From: Eledone cirrhosa | Taxonomy: Eukaryota | DNA: 64,000 nucleotides | Reading direction: 5' to 3' | Assembly: GCA_964016885.1 (NCBI GenBank) | Contig: OZ024741.1 | Coordinates: 76,384,001 to 76,448,000, forward strand | Shown here: positions 13,695 to 25,513 of the stretch, piece by piece | How positions within the stretch are numbered: the stretch's first letter is position 1 | Layout of the letters: each line of letters begins with the position of its first letter | Notes under the pieces: model-generated | The model's input: only the letters and a program-made list of their open reading frames with translations | What the model was told of the DNA's origin: nothing | Database searches by the model: none | Position numbers and translations under genes: made by a program

Positions 13695-14103
13695 TCGTTT
13701 TTTAATTTGTTTTGCAAGATTTCTTATCTGAAAACGTGTGTTGAAACAGATATTGTTATACTTTGGGAGGGTCATGCTGCAAATAAAAACACACGCACAC
13801 CTATTGATTTTCACTTCAATTTATTACAAATTTCCGGTTGGTTGGTTCAATAACCGGATGGTTGTTTATATATTTTCAAAGCTCTTTCGTCACACAAAAA
13901 CAAGATGGTGTAGGACAGAACAAAGGAGAGACACAAAATGACAAATCAGCCACTTAGGAGGTCACAGAATGTGTGACGAAAGAGCCTTGATAAACAACCA
14001 TCCGATTATTGAACCAACCGGGAATTTGTAATGAATTGAAGTGAAAACCAACAAGTGCGTGTGTTTTTATTGGCAGCATGACCCTCCCAAAGTATAACAA
14101 TAT
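13695..14103. mobile_element. Short fold-back PLE derivative sharing termini with the large Penelope element
   Basis: Inverted arms ~13758-13894 and ~13970-14102. Terminus atattgttatactttgggagggtcat matches 24994 and 29605-29628. The left-only tail ends gtgttgaaacag, like gtgtcgaaacag at ~24982. Confidence 0.8.
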
Positions 14104-14125
14104 ATATACATATATATATATATAT

Positions 14126-14374
14126 ATTATTAGAAATGTTAGCTATCGCCGTATTTTGACTAAAGAAATTAAAGAAATTATTTAGCCTGATAGTGGGGTT
14201 AAGAACCCTCGAAGAAATGGAAAAAGATGAGTATTGACGTCAATACTCATCTTTTTCCATTTCTCCGAGGGTTCTTAACCCCACTATCAGGCTAAATAAT
14301 TTCTTTAGCAAAATACGGCGATAGCTAACATTTCTAATAATTTCAAATCCACTCGCTGTTTCGAAAATATTCTT

Positions 14375-14379
<5 letters not shown>
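14126..14379. repeat. Spacer-less ~215-bp palindrome with right-only tail, inside (TA)n
   Basis: Centre gac|gtc at 14238/14239; arms 14126-14238 and 14239-14341; unique tail 14342-14379. Confidence 0.9.
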
Positions 14380-14414
<35 letters not shown>

Positions 14415-14562
14415 CACACAAACACATAGCCACGCTCACTTAAACAAAGTCATGGTAAGTATGAAATAAATTTCACAGAAGCAGAGAAATTCAAGTGATG
14501 AGTTCTATAGATGAAAATTCCACGAAAGGTTTGTAAATTTATCTTCATTATAAGTTGATATT

Positions 14563-15003
14563 TAGGGCAGTGGATTGGCAGTATCTGTAGAGCGTCGGAT
14601 ACCACGCATCGCGGAATAGAGATACGGCCCTTTACTTACTGATTTCAAATCCTAACATGGTTAGCTTTGCCTTTCATTCTTACGGGGTCGATAAAATAAA
14701 GTACCAGTAGCGTACTGAGTCGATTTAATCGATTTTCCCCTCCCCAAAATTGGTCTTGTGCCTAAATTAGAAACCATTATTAAGAAGGGTGGTGAGCTGG
14801 CAGATTCGTTACAACATCGGGCAAAAAGCTTTGCGCCATTTAGTTACGACTCTTTACGTTCTGTGTTCAAATCCCAACGGGGCCAACTTTATCTTTCATC
14901 CTTCCATGGACAATAAATTAAAAGACCAGTCAAATATTGGGTCAATTTAATAGGCTTTCCCCTCCCCCAGAATTGCTGGATTGTGCCTAGATTAGAAATC
15001 ATT
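14563..15003 (+). mobile_element. Two tandem MetaSINE-like SINEs
   Basis: Heads at ~14565 and ~14787, each with the gcctttcat...gataaaat core and an aaacc/aaatcattat tail. Confidence 0.75.
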
Positions 15004-16712
15004 ATACGTTGGTCTATATTCATGTAGAAATTGCAACTGAATCATTATAGAGTTCACGAAGACCGACCTGCTTTGCAAATTAAAACGTAAAATTTTGTGT
15101 TAATCGAAGCGTATGCAGAGGTCAAGCCTGTTTGTATTTGTAAAGGAAACCTTCAAACGTGATGATGGAATTTATAAAACCTGTTTTACGAATGACTATT
15201 TGAGAGTTCTCTGATAATTCTGTCAACTCCAATTGTAAAACTTTGATGGCGTGATCAATTTAGTGATAGTTTGATCAATGATAGTTCAATTATCAGAAAT
15301 ACCAGATATATAATTTATCACCCATTCTGTGCCCATCAGGTCATGAACGACTTCTCGACAAGTGCTATACGCATGTCTTTTCTTTGGGGGAGAATACAAA
15401 GGCAATATTCCGTTGTCTTCTTTCTACTAGGTCATATCTGCGTTCTTTTTATATGACACTATCTTGTTGCTTAGATATAAATAAGTTCCCCACACCCGTT
15501 TGGACATTTAGAACAAATACAAGACATCTCGTCCAGTACTAACAATTCTGCCAATTCACCATCCTGGACCAATGCATTGTATTTACCACGGAAGGAGGAA
15601 AAGCAAAGTTGATGTTAGCGAGATTTGAACTTAGAACGTAGAGATATTTTGACCAATGATTCTACAAATTCAATGCTTCATACAGTTTCACTGTGAGGTA
15701 TTAACTTCTTATGACATGTCACAAATCTATTAAAATGAAATGCTTGTTTGGATAGGGCAAGCAGCTGTAACTTATGGATCGCAAATTCGAATTAAGATAT
15801 TGGTGTCCGTTGTGTTTCGGGGCAGAGCACTTTATTTTGCATATGGAAGAATTAGAATTCATATTGAAATATCGATTCGTAGATAGTTCAGTTCAAATCG
15901 ACTTCTACATTTGTGTTGAATTTCCATCGGTTCCGGTGACGAGTGTTCCAGTTGTTCGAACATTGAAACAGTCTACTCGAAATAAACACGCAAATGGCTG
16001 ACCTTTTCACAGACACGTACACTCTTAGCGTAGTTCTAAGGGAAATTCGTTTTTTTAAATTACTAATACGATTGATTTTTTCCATCTGAATTAACTTGGA
16101 CAACATAAAATAAATCATTTTGTCCAAGGGCATAACACGCCGCTGAGAATCGAACTCACGACTTTACGACTGTAAGACGAGCAATCTAATCACTAAGCCA
16201 CCTGCTTTCATTTGTACGTTTAAGTCTTTCTAAAATTCTTACGTTTGCAAGAGAAGAATTTCTGAAAGGTGAGGAGCGACCAGCGATTGTCACAAGAACA
16301 CAAGTCTCTATAGTACACCTTCATTTATGAAATAACATCAAGCTGAACGGCAACAAGAAACTAGATTTGTTTGTGTCGAGGTCATGTCTTTGTGAAGAAG
16401 AAATTATAATTTATCTGCTGAATTTCAGTTTATTATCAGTACATTAGAGCGATAGATTGACAGAATCATTGGAACGTCTGTCAAAATACATTGCTGTATA
16501 TATCCGGGTCTTTACGTTTTGAGTTCAACTTTCGCTGAGGTTCACTTTGCCTTTCAGTCTTCTGGGGTCGAAAAAATAAAGGGCCAGCCAAGCACTGGGT
16601 TGATTTACTCGACACCTTCCTCCTCCAAAATTGCTGGCCTTGTGCTTAGAGACAATTATTATTGCTACCATTGCTTCATCGTGGCTTCCTTGAAAATTTC
16701 ATCTTCGCGTAG

Positions 16713-16985
16713 TTAAATATCATCCTGCGACCTCGGCCGAAATATACTTAACGATAGATCTCCAACATCAATACCAGTGTCTCTGGTTATGACATCTGGA
16801 TAGGAGAGCTTCCGACCTCTTTGGCTTTTGACAGATGCTGGTTTCCAAAGCACTAAAGGAAACACAGCTTCATTTGAGCTGCGAGGGCAACAGCCTACAA
16901 ACCTCTTCTTTCGCACAATATCGAAAATATGAGGGAGACCATAAGAAAAGTCTACTATGCCACACCCATGTCGACTCATTGTCAC
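16713..16985 (-). pseudogene. LINE (RTE-like) ORF2 C-terminal remnant
   Basis: RKKRFVGCCPR...LVLWKP...RGRKLSYPDVITRDTG resembles the RRLxFAGHC..LVLWxP..RGR..Y.D.I.RD thumb region. Confidence 0.55.
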
Positions 16986-17972
16986 CCACCTTTCTATAAC
17001 TCAACACAGCATAGCATGTTTATATAATACAGTTCAATGTTTACCACTTGACGGCGGGGATTTGTTTATTTATTTATTTTTTTTTTGCTGTTTAGTCAAG
17101 GAAGGAAGGCGGGCAGGACCTAGCAATGTCCATATACTTTTCAGGATCCCCCAGACTGGTGAGAAGAAATGAGGGAGGAATGTATCCTTATTTCGAAGGC
17201 CTGGCCCGAATCATTGCAACAAAATGGACTCCGCTAAAGACACCGAAGAGCCAGGTGGCGGTGCTAAACCACATGACGAATAAGTTTACCACCCTAGTAG
17301 GCCTTAGTGGGATTTGAACCCACAACGCAACAAATACTCGTCCACCAGTTCCTCAGCCCTAATTTTATCGAATTCTAAACGATTGAAGACAAAGTTGACC
17401 TCGGCAGTATTTGAATTCAGAACATAGAGAACAGAAACAAATAACACAAGACATTGTGTTCTACGCTCTGCAAATTAGCCAGGGTTGTCCGTAAGCTGCT
17501 TGCCTATTTACAGGAAAATAGATGAATCAATGAAAAGAGCTTCTAGATGGACATTCGACCTGCTAGAAATAGCAGTTAACTCGCTCCGAAAGAAATGGAG
17601 GAATCTCACATTGGATAATGTAGTTCTAGATACATTATAAAAGACAGGATCATCATAGGTGGTAGGTATTTGATCATAGATCTGTTAGAGCATATTGATC
17701 TGGATTTTAAACGACTGTTAGCATTTTGAATTACAGATACATCACAGGCTGGCGCAGCATGAATAAAGTGTCATGCTCAAAGACACAACGCACCGCCAAG
17801 AATCGTACTCACGACATTACGATCATGAGCCGAACTTCCTAACCTAACTAAGCCACACTCCATCACATTTTATGATGAGAATAAAACATTTTTTGTATTA
17901 AAAAAAATAGAGCAATGAGGGGTTGTAATAAAAGATAACGTTCCTTTGACTTGCATTGTTTTACGGATCGAA

Positions 17973-18078
17973 TAAGTAATACAAGGTTTCTCCACCCAAC
18001 TTAAAGCTAAGTAATACAAGGTTTTGCCACCCAACTTAAAGCTAAGTAATACAAGGTTTCGCCACCCAACTTAAAGCT
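17973..18078. repeat. 3 x 35-bp tandem repeat
   Basis: taagtaatacaaggtttc(t/g)ccacccaacttaaagc three times. Confidence 0.95.
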
Positions 18079-19099
18079 ATGTTTGTGAAATGTATTGTGT
18101 GTGTTTACGTTTGTAACCATGTCTGTGTTCAAGTCATACAAATAAGCGGTTCGACAAAAAGAGATCGATAAACTATGTACCAGACTTGAACAAAAAGTAA
18201 GTACTGTAGTCGATATAATAGATTTTAAGGCAGTCCCCCCCCCCCTCCGCACATTATCTTTCTCGCACACTTAACCTGTTTTTATTGCTGTTTATTTAAT
18301 CGTAGTTCTCGTCTTTCGTTATTCAGTTTTTATATCCTCTACATGATAATAGGGCTTGCAATCAGTTTCCGTCAATACAGTTTTACTCACAAGGCTTAGA
18401 AGGATCCAAACCTATGACATTTTCCCGAGATGCCAAGCAGTGGGATTGAACCCGAGACCTAATGATTGCGAATCGACATTCTTAACCATTCGCCATGCTT
18501 CGTCCACCGTCTAAGTGGCAAACAACTAAAAAGTACAGAAATCGACAGAAAAGCGACATCAGATACACATCATTTTCAAACCCACAGAAAACGGCGGTGG
18601 TAATGCTTGATGATGGTGGTGGTGGTGGTTGTGGTACTAATGGTGATTGATGATGAGGGTGATGATAGTGGTGGTTATGGTAGTGATGATGATAACAGTG
18701 GTGGTGATTATCGTTATAGTGGTGGTTACGGTGTAGATGATAGTGATAATGATGATGGGGATGATAATTGTTTCTATTTTTGGCACAAGGCCAGCAATTA
18801 TTCCAGTGCATTACTGGTACTTTATTTTATCGACCCTCGAAGTTAATCTCGGCGGGATTTGAACTCAGAATGGCAAGGGCCGTAAGATGATAATGACGAT
18901 GTCGTTGCTGATAGATTTTTACATCGCCTGTTTGAAACGCACACTCTTTTGTTTCTTCTGGAAACTTCCACTGGCCAAGAAAACCATCTGCTAAAGCTCC
19001 CACTCCTTGGAGGACTCGTGGTGTCATCGTTGATGATGCTGTCGCTGTCGAACGTACACAAATACCTCACCATTCATCATGATGAAGGCGAAGATAAAT

Positions 19100-21250
19100 T
19101 GACGTAGGCGCCTTTCGTTAGATATGTTTTTCCGCAGCTCGTCTCCTTAGCACAGCTGTAGCCCAGTGTCAATTGCAGACCGATGAAAGGCCTCTGGACA
19201 TGTGGAATCGTGAGAGGGACACGTGGCTGTGTGTGTTGATCGTGAGGAGATGTGAGGGTTTATGTGTGTTTGTGAACATTGGCATGTGATACTGAGGATG
19301 GTATGTATGTGTTAGGTGTACATGTAGATAGTAAGTGGATGTGACGTGTGTTGTGGCACGATAGGGAAGTGTAGACTAGAAGGATTGGGTTGGCGTGTAG
19401 GGTAAAGGTTTGTGGGTAGAAGATGAAATGATGTTCCCTCTGAAGACGCATGTTTGTAAGACAAGCGCTGAAAACGAAACTAAAGAGAGTAGAGTGACTA
19501 GTGGAGCATGGCGTCCCGAACATGCTCGACAAATCTGTCCGCCAGTCGGTCGCGAGTTTGGCTGAAGTAGATGGCCTCACAGCGAGCTCCGGCGCCCATA
19601 GACTACGATCGTAGAGGTACAGCTGAATGAGTTCCTAAGCTAGAAAGTTCGTGTAGCACTGGTGTCGAGAGAGGAGTTAAGAATGGAAAGGGAACTGCAG
19701 ACAAGGAGATTCCTAAGGTTACGAGTGCGCTTAAATAGGATGAGGGGGGGAGGGGTGGTGGTGGTGGTACGATCGGAATAGGAGAAGGATTGCCCTGTGG
19801 AGAAGAAATGCACAAGGATGGTGAGTGGGGGGGGGGGTAGTTAGCCGATAGAGAATAGGTGCAGTGGTGCGGTCGACTCCTGGAACAGAGTACGGACGGC
19901 TTGAAACAGGTTAGTGAGTATCCGCGCTGCGTATTAAGTCTAACCTGAGTTTCCAAATCATATTTCAACTACACAGGTGGTAGATACAGAAGAATTGGGA
20001 GTAAGGGGATACGTTTGGTGAGGGTTGAATGGGCGGAGTAAAATAGAAGTAGGAGTCGGAGTCGGTGAGCTTGAATAAGACAGAGGTGATGAGGGAGTGG
20101 TGGCGGTAGCCAACGGCATCAGAAATGTCGCGGAAGTTAACAGAAGTGATACAGGTAGAAGAGGTGAAGTAGATATCCAAGAAGAAAAAGCTGTTGAGGT
20201 TGAGAACCCGGTCGGTAAGGCGGATCAAGGAGGAAGTGTAGGGTTGGGGAGAGGTGCGAAGAGCGAGGTGTTGGAACTTTCGGGGGCCTTCGTTGTAGGA
20301 AATGACGATATACAGAGACTTGATGTCGATCGTGAAAAGGAAAGTGGGTGGGTCGGGTGAGAAGAGAAAGGAGTCAAAGAAGCGAAGTGCATGGTATATG
20401 TCGTGGATATGAGAAGGAAGAGTGACTACAAAGAGGGCGAGGACAGTGTCGAGGTATCCGGAAATGAATTCCGTTGGGCAAGTACAATCGGAGATGATGG
20501 GTCATGGGTCGGACTTGCCTAGCTTGGGGAGGAGGTGTAGGGAGTGCGAACCATGAGGCTGATAGCAGTAGGGGGTAGAAGAGAAGAGTCAATGAATTGG
20601 TTAAGGTGAAGGAAACTTGTTGCATGAAGTGGGGAGTGGAGTCAAAGGACAAGAAACGGTAGAAGAGGAGTTTTCCAAACTGTAGCAGCGATCTGTCCTG
20701 TAGGGACCTGTTCACCACACGAGCACGACGCCCTCTCCCCTTGTCAATTTGATGACGATGTCGGAGGGAGCGGAAGGCGCCGAGTCCGGTCTGGGATATA
20801 TTACTCTGTTATGAGCGTTTACCGAAGTCAAAACGATTCAATACGCGATAGCAGGAAGTCGGCGTGCAGGGAGAGGATTAGCGGTCCAGGTTCAAGTTAT
20901 AATCAGAGTTGTTCGGAACCGGTGGCTTGCTATAAAGATGGACATACAGTTTCGTGTGGCGTAGGCTGCAAACAGTTTCCGTCAAAACGATTTCACTCAC
21001 CCGGTTTGGAGCGATCCGAACCTATGACATTTTCCAAAGATGCCAAGCAGTGGGATTGAACCCGTGGGGGAATCAGTAGAATAGGAGTGGTTTGGGTTAG
21101 AACGGTTGCATATGGAATAGATAGTGTGAGGGTGTTGGTGGAGGGTGAGAGGTAGGGTTAGCCGTGAGGGTGATGTGAAGAGGAGAATAGAGTTTGTGAA
21201 GTTTTGTTGAGGTGAAGGATTTGGAGAAGGATCGAACATATACGTCCCAT
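19100..21250 (-). mobile_element. Degenerate Penelope-like element (RT + GIY-YIG)
   Basis: Minus-strand fragments: DIVIK..DKG..VVLVW (~20715-20765), FTIDIKSLY (~20305-20335), LIRLTDRVLNLNSF, SVNFRDIS, PYSQFFCI, QRGYSL and the GIY-YIG-like AIYFSQTRDRLADRFVEHVRD (~19510-19580). No YxDD seen, suggesting an internal deletion. Confidence 0.75.
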
Positions 21251-21351
21251 ATATATATATGGGACGTATATGTTCGATCCTTCACCTCAACAAAACTTCA
21301 CAAACTCTATTCTCCTCTTCACATCACCCTCCATCAACACCCTCACACTAT
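21121..21351. repeat. Fold-back hairpin at the 5' end of the degenerate PLE, centred on (TA)6
   Basis: aaggatcgaacatatacgtccc-(at)n-gggacgtatatgttcgatcctt; the arms continue outward with small deletions. Confidence 0.85.
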
Positions 21352-21447
21352 GACAACATCAAAGTATTCCTAACAAGCTCATATGTCCCAAGGCTCTGAT
21401 ACCATCAACACTATACACACAGAGCTGGCATAGCTAAGAACTGACTA

Positions 21448-21503
21448 ACTGCCTGATGAGATCATAGCCATTCAATGGCTATCATCGAAATATATATAGC
21501 AGT
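21448..21503 (+). ncRNA. Type I hammerhead ribozyme motif
   Basis: actgc-CTGATGA-gatcatagcca ttcaa tggctatcatc-GAAA-tatata-TA-gcagt: 5-bp stem I, long stem II, palindromic stem III. Confidence 0.88.
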
Positions 21504-21550
21504 AAATAAAGGATTATGAGTTCATGCAAATTGAATTGACTTATGTTTCG

Positions 21551-21620
<70 letters not shown>

Positions 21621-21621
21621 C

Positions 21622-21678
<57 letters not shown>

Positions 21679-21680
<2 letters not shown>

Positions 21681-21869
21681 CGAAGGAAATGTGGTAAGGA
21701 ACCAGGTGGACCATAACGCACCAAAGTACTCAATACTTAGGGTAGTAGAGTGGGTAATAGGAACCAGTAAGACCCCGACGGCTGAGCTCAAGCCGTTTCG
21801 ACGGCTAATTCTGGACTCAGAATTAGCCGTCGAAACGGCTTGAGCTCAGCCGTCGGGGTCTTACTGGTT

Positions 21870-21874
<5 letters not shown>
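21679..21874. repeat. ~118-bp palindrome with 4-nt loop and left-only tail, between (TA)n tracts
   Basis: Arms 21757-21813 and 21818-21874, loop gact, tail 21679-21756; contains gtcGAAAcggc (possible 3' half of a hammerhead). Confidence 0.9.
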
Positions 21875-21915
<41 letters not shown>

Positions 21916-21925
21916 CATATTATAT

Positions 21926-21984
<59 letters not shown>

Positions 21985-21986
<2 letters not shown>

Positions 21987-22935
21987 TGGTTCTATAGAAA
22001 TAGTGGACACCTTCCGTTACCTGGGTGACAAAATCAGCAGTGGGGGAGGATGCTCTGAAAGTACAGTAGCTAGAGTCAGAACGGGATGGAAAAGGTTCAG
22101 AGAGCTTATACCACTATTGTCCGCTAAAGGGTTCTCCCTAAAAATGAAAGGCAGGCTGTATGATGCCTGCATACGAACAACAATGTTACATGGCAGTGAG
22201 ACCTGGGCATTGTGTGCAGAGGATATACGCAGACTGGAGAGGAACAAAGCTTGCATGCTCCGCTTGATGTGTAATAGTAATATACGTGAACGGCAAAGCA
22301 TAAACGAACTAAGGGAAATATTAGAAATAAGAGGGATCAGATGCTGTTTACTCGAGAGAAGACTACGTTGGTACGGTCACGTGATGCGCATGAAAGACGA
22401 CAGCTGTATAAAAAAGTGCAGGGCGATAAAAATAGACGGTAGCCACGGGGTAGGCAGACCCCAAAAAACCTGGGACGACTTGATACATTCCGACCTCACA
22501 CCTCTCCAAGACAATGTCACTGGACCGAGAACTTTGGCGCTACACAGTAATAGAGAAGACCCGCCTTACCTAAGTACAAAACGAAACCTACATCCAGTAG
22601 GCACCTCTCACAGAAATACACCCCTGTCCCACTACCCCCTTCAATGTGAAGTTATGTTGGTACCACAACATCCAGTCCGAAACAAATGAGGTCGTGTAGG
22701 TGTCACGACAAAAAAAAAACACAGTCCACGCTGTAATGTGGCCGTGTAGGTAATACGGTAAAAACCTCCCAGTCCACACTGTAAACGTGGTTGGTGTTAG
22801 GAAGGGCATCCAGCCGTAGAAAACCCGCCAGACAGTCCTATACGAGCAAGACAACCAATCTTGCCTCAAGTGGGAAAACTCCCGTCCAAACCTATGCAAG
22901 CGTGGAAGATGGACGTTAAACGATGATGATGATGA
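21985..22935 (+). mobile_element. 5'-truncated RTE-like LINE (same family as 5440-6788) with (GAT)n tail
   Basis: ORF 22003..22689 aligns with the C-terminal part of the 437-aa ORF; the 3' UTR ends ggacgttaaacgatgatgat. Confidence 0.9.
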
Positions 22936-23089
22936 TATATATATATATATATACACATATACGCACACACACACACACACATATTATATATATATATATA
23001 TATATATATAATCGGAGAAAGCAAAAAGCGATACTCCGGCCAAATTCCAGCTCACTCAACAAACATTAGGAAATACCTGAGTATATTCC

Positions 23090-23251
<162 letters not shown>

Positions 23252-23378
23252 CATGAAATTTCTATCACAGTTTGTTTTGTTTAATTTATTTTGTTCAATA
23301 ACATTAACAGCTGCTATCTCCAACACCACCACCATGGCCACCAACACCAAAACCACCTAGTATTATATGTACACCACT

Positions 23379-23545
23379 AGGGCGGTGGATTGGCAGTATC
23401 GGTACAGGGTCGGACGCCATGCTTTGCAGCAAAGAGTTAAGGCCGTTTATGGTTTGAGTTCAAATACCCCCGAGGTTAACTTTGATTTCATCCAGTAATG
23501 CACTGGAATAATTGCTGGCCTTGTGCCAAAAGTAGAAATAATTAT
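23379..23545 (+). mobile_element. MetaSINE-like SINE (internally deleted)
   Basis: gggcggtggattggcagtatcgg head and B-box gagttcaaat. Confidence 0.75.
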
Positions 23546-23719
23546 ATGTACACCACCTCCACCGCTGCTGCCGCCGTCTCCAGGGATGCTTTCCCCAATT
23601 TTATCCAGGCAATTTTTATGGTTATCTATTATTATAGTTACCTGCATTGTGGATACTATATTTTTAAATTTTAAATACTATGTCGTTTATTCTAGCCCCT
23701 TAACCTTTCTGGTACGTCT

Positions 23720-23931
23720 TCCATCTTGTGGAGCAAATGAGAGAACTTTTAAGAAGATGCTTTACCTGTAAAAAATAATCCCCCAAATTTCCCTCAAATC
23801 ACACCTGAGCGTGTAGTAAAAAGGACACATTAGGTAACATAGACTGTGACTCGGAAAAAAAGTGTGGTCGTCATACTTTGATCATATAATTGTTTGATCA
23901 GGGTTGACCCGGGGTTAAACGAAAATAACAG
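23720..23931 (+). repeat. Dispersed ~210-bp repeat, close copy at 35511-35720
   Basis: Direct sequence match (gaacttttaagaagatgctttacctg...gatcagggttgacccggggttaaacgaaaataacagt). Confidence 0.85.
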
Positions 23932-24302
23932 TATTGAATATTATCAGAACGAATCGAATTTTACTTATGACGCCCTCACCCCACTTTCTTTTTCTTTGAA
24001 TAACATGTCTAAGCCAATCTTTCTTCAAATAGCTACCGAAAAATACCAGGGTTCCGCGAAATAAGGTATCTTTTAATAATTTTCTATAAGAGTGTTGTTT
24101 TTGAATAAATTCTCTATTAAAATTATTTTTATTTCGTTTAATGTCTTTTAAAAATTAGGGTGTTGGGGTGCTGTCAGTTAAATATAGGTATAGATCTCGC
24201 GAATATTTTTTGTTTTGTTTAGTTTTTTTTTGTTTTAGAAATTCGTGTAACACAATAAGTTAAGGAACCACAGCTCTAAAGAATTCCTTCTTTTGTTTTC
24301 AG

Positions 24303-24486
24303 AAAGTCGAAATGCGGAAGATGTTGACAATATTGTGTCACAAGTGGAAAACATAAATCTTGACAATGACAATGAACAACAAGAGCATCAACAAGAAGAT
24401 ATGATTCACCTTCAAGCTAGTTTTTCTCCAACGTTCACCCAACCGGAAGTCCGTGAATGGCTTAACAAGAATGGGTTCACACAGAA
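24303..24486 (+). CDS. Host gene exon: N-terminal half of an EPS8-like SAM domain (..FTQPEVREWLNKNGFTQ)
   Basis: Polypyrimidine acceptor ttcttttgttttcag, donor aa|gtatgc (phase 2), non-repeat open frame, in phase with exon 35091-35220. Confidence 0.8.
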
Positions 24487-24873
24487 GTATGCTGGTGTCT
24501 TTTTATTTTTTTTTTTTCCTACCTTTATAACAATCTTTCATGATTAGGCACTGACATGGCTGAGTAGTTCGCTTCGCAACCAGGTAGTTTCGAGTTCAGT
24601 CTAATTGCATAGCACCTTGGGCATGTGTCTTCTACTACAGCCACAATTTATGACTATCAAATTTCAGTCACAATGCATTGGCCTTGTGACTGAAATTTGA
24701 TAGTCATAAATTGTGTAGAACCCTGCTGTGTTTATCAATCCCGCCGAGATTAACTTTGCCTTTCATCCTTACGGGGTCGATAAAATAAAGTACCAGTAAT
24801 GTATTGGGTGTTTGCTGGCCTTGTGCCTAAAATAGAAACAATTATATATATATATATACTGTATATATATATA

Positions 24874-24939
<66 letters not shown>

Positions 24940-25513
24940 CGGCGATGAATTAGTTTAGCGAGGTTTTTTATATGAAATCGTGTGTCGAAACAGATATTGT
25001 TATATTTGGGGAGGGTCATATTTGCGTAATATTGCCAGAATTAATAACAGAACACACTCACTGTTTGGTTGGTTTTCGCTTCTCGCTGTCTTTTATATCT
25101 GCGATCTAACTTACTCGGTCCTCAATGTTGACATTGACTGACCGACGGTCAAAAATAATACAGATACAATATAGACACAAACACATATATATAGTTTACA
25201 TAATTTACATAAATCTTTCGTTGCACATCTGCAACATCGTCAGTGGTGTTATATTTTTTCCTCCTGTTGTGTTGTATGTCTATGCCATTTTTTTTTATTC
25301 AGTCTGTCTATATATTTATTTATTTATTTGCTTGTTTGTTTATTTTATTTTATTTTGTCTTCTTTGCGCATGCGTTTGCGTGTGTGTATAGTGTTATGTG
25401 TGCTGTGTGACTAGTGTGTATAGTGTTGTGTCTGCTGGGTGACTAGTGTGTGTTTATGTGCTTGTGTATGTATTTATTTATCTTATTTTATTTTATTTTA
25501 TTTATTTACTTAT

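Noticed and set aside
14187-14215. ctgatag...ctcgaag as a hammerhead
   Set aside because: The core deviates from CUGANGA/GAAA, stems I and III are absent, and the polarity is opposite to the other cases.
17096-17158. Possible 63-nt phase-1 exon (tttag...ctg|gtgaga) upstream of the SAM exons
   Set aside because: The phase would fit, but it lies in sequence that looks like a repeat (poly-T start, gggatttgaaccc B-box downstream); cannot be supported without RNA data.
19436-19490. CTGAAGA...GAAA on the + strand
   Set aside because: Antisense to the surrounding PLE and no convincing stem I or III.
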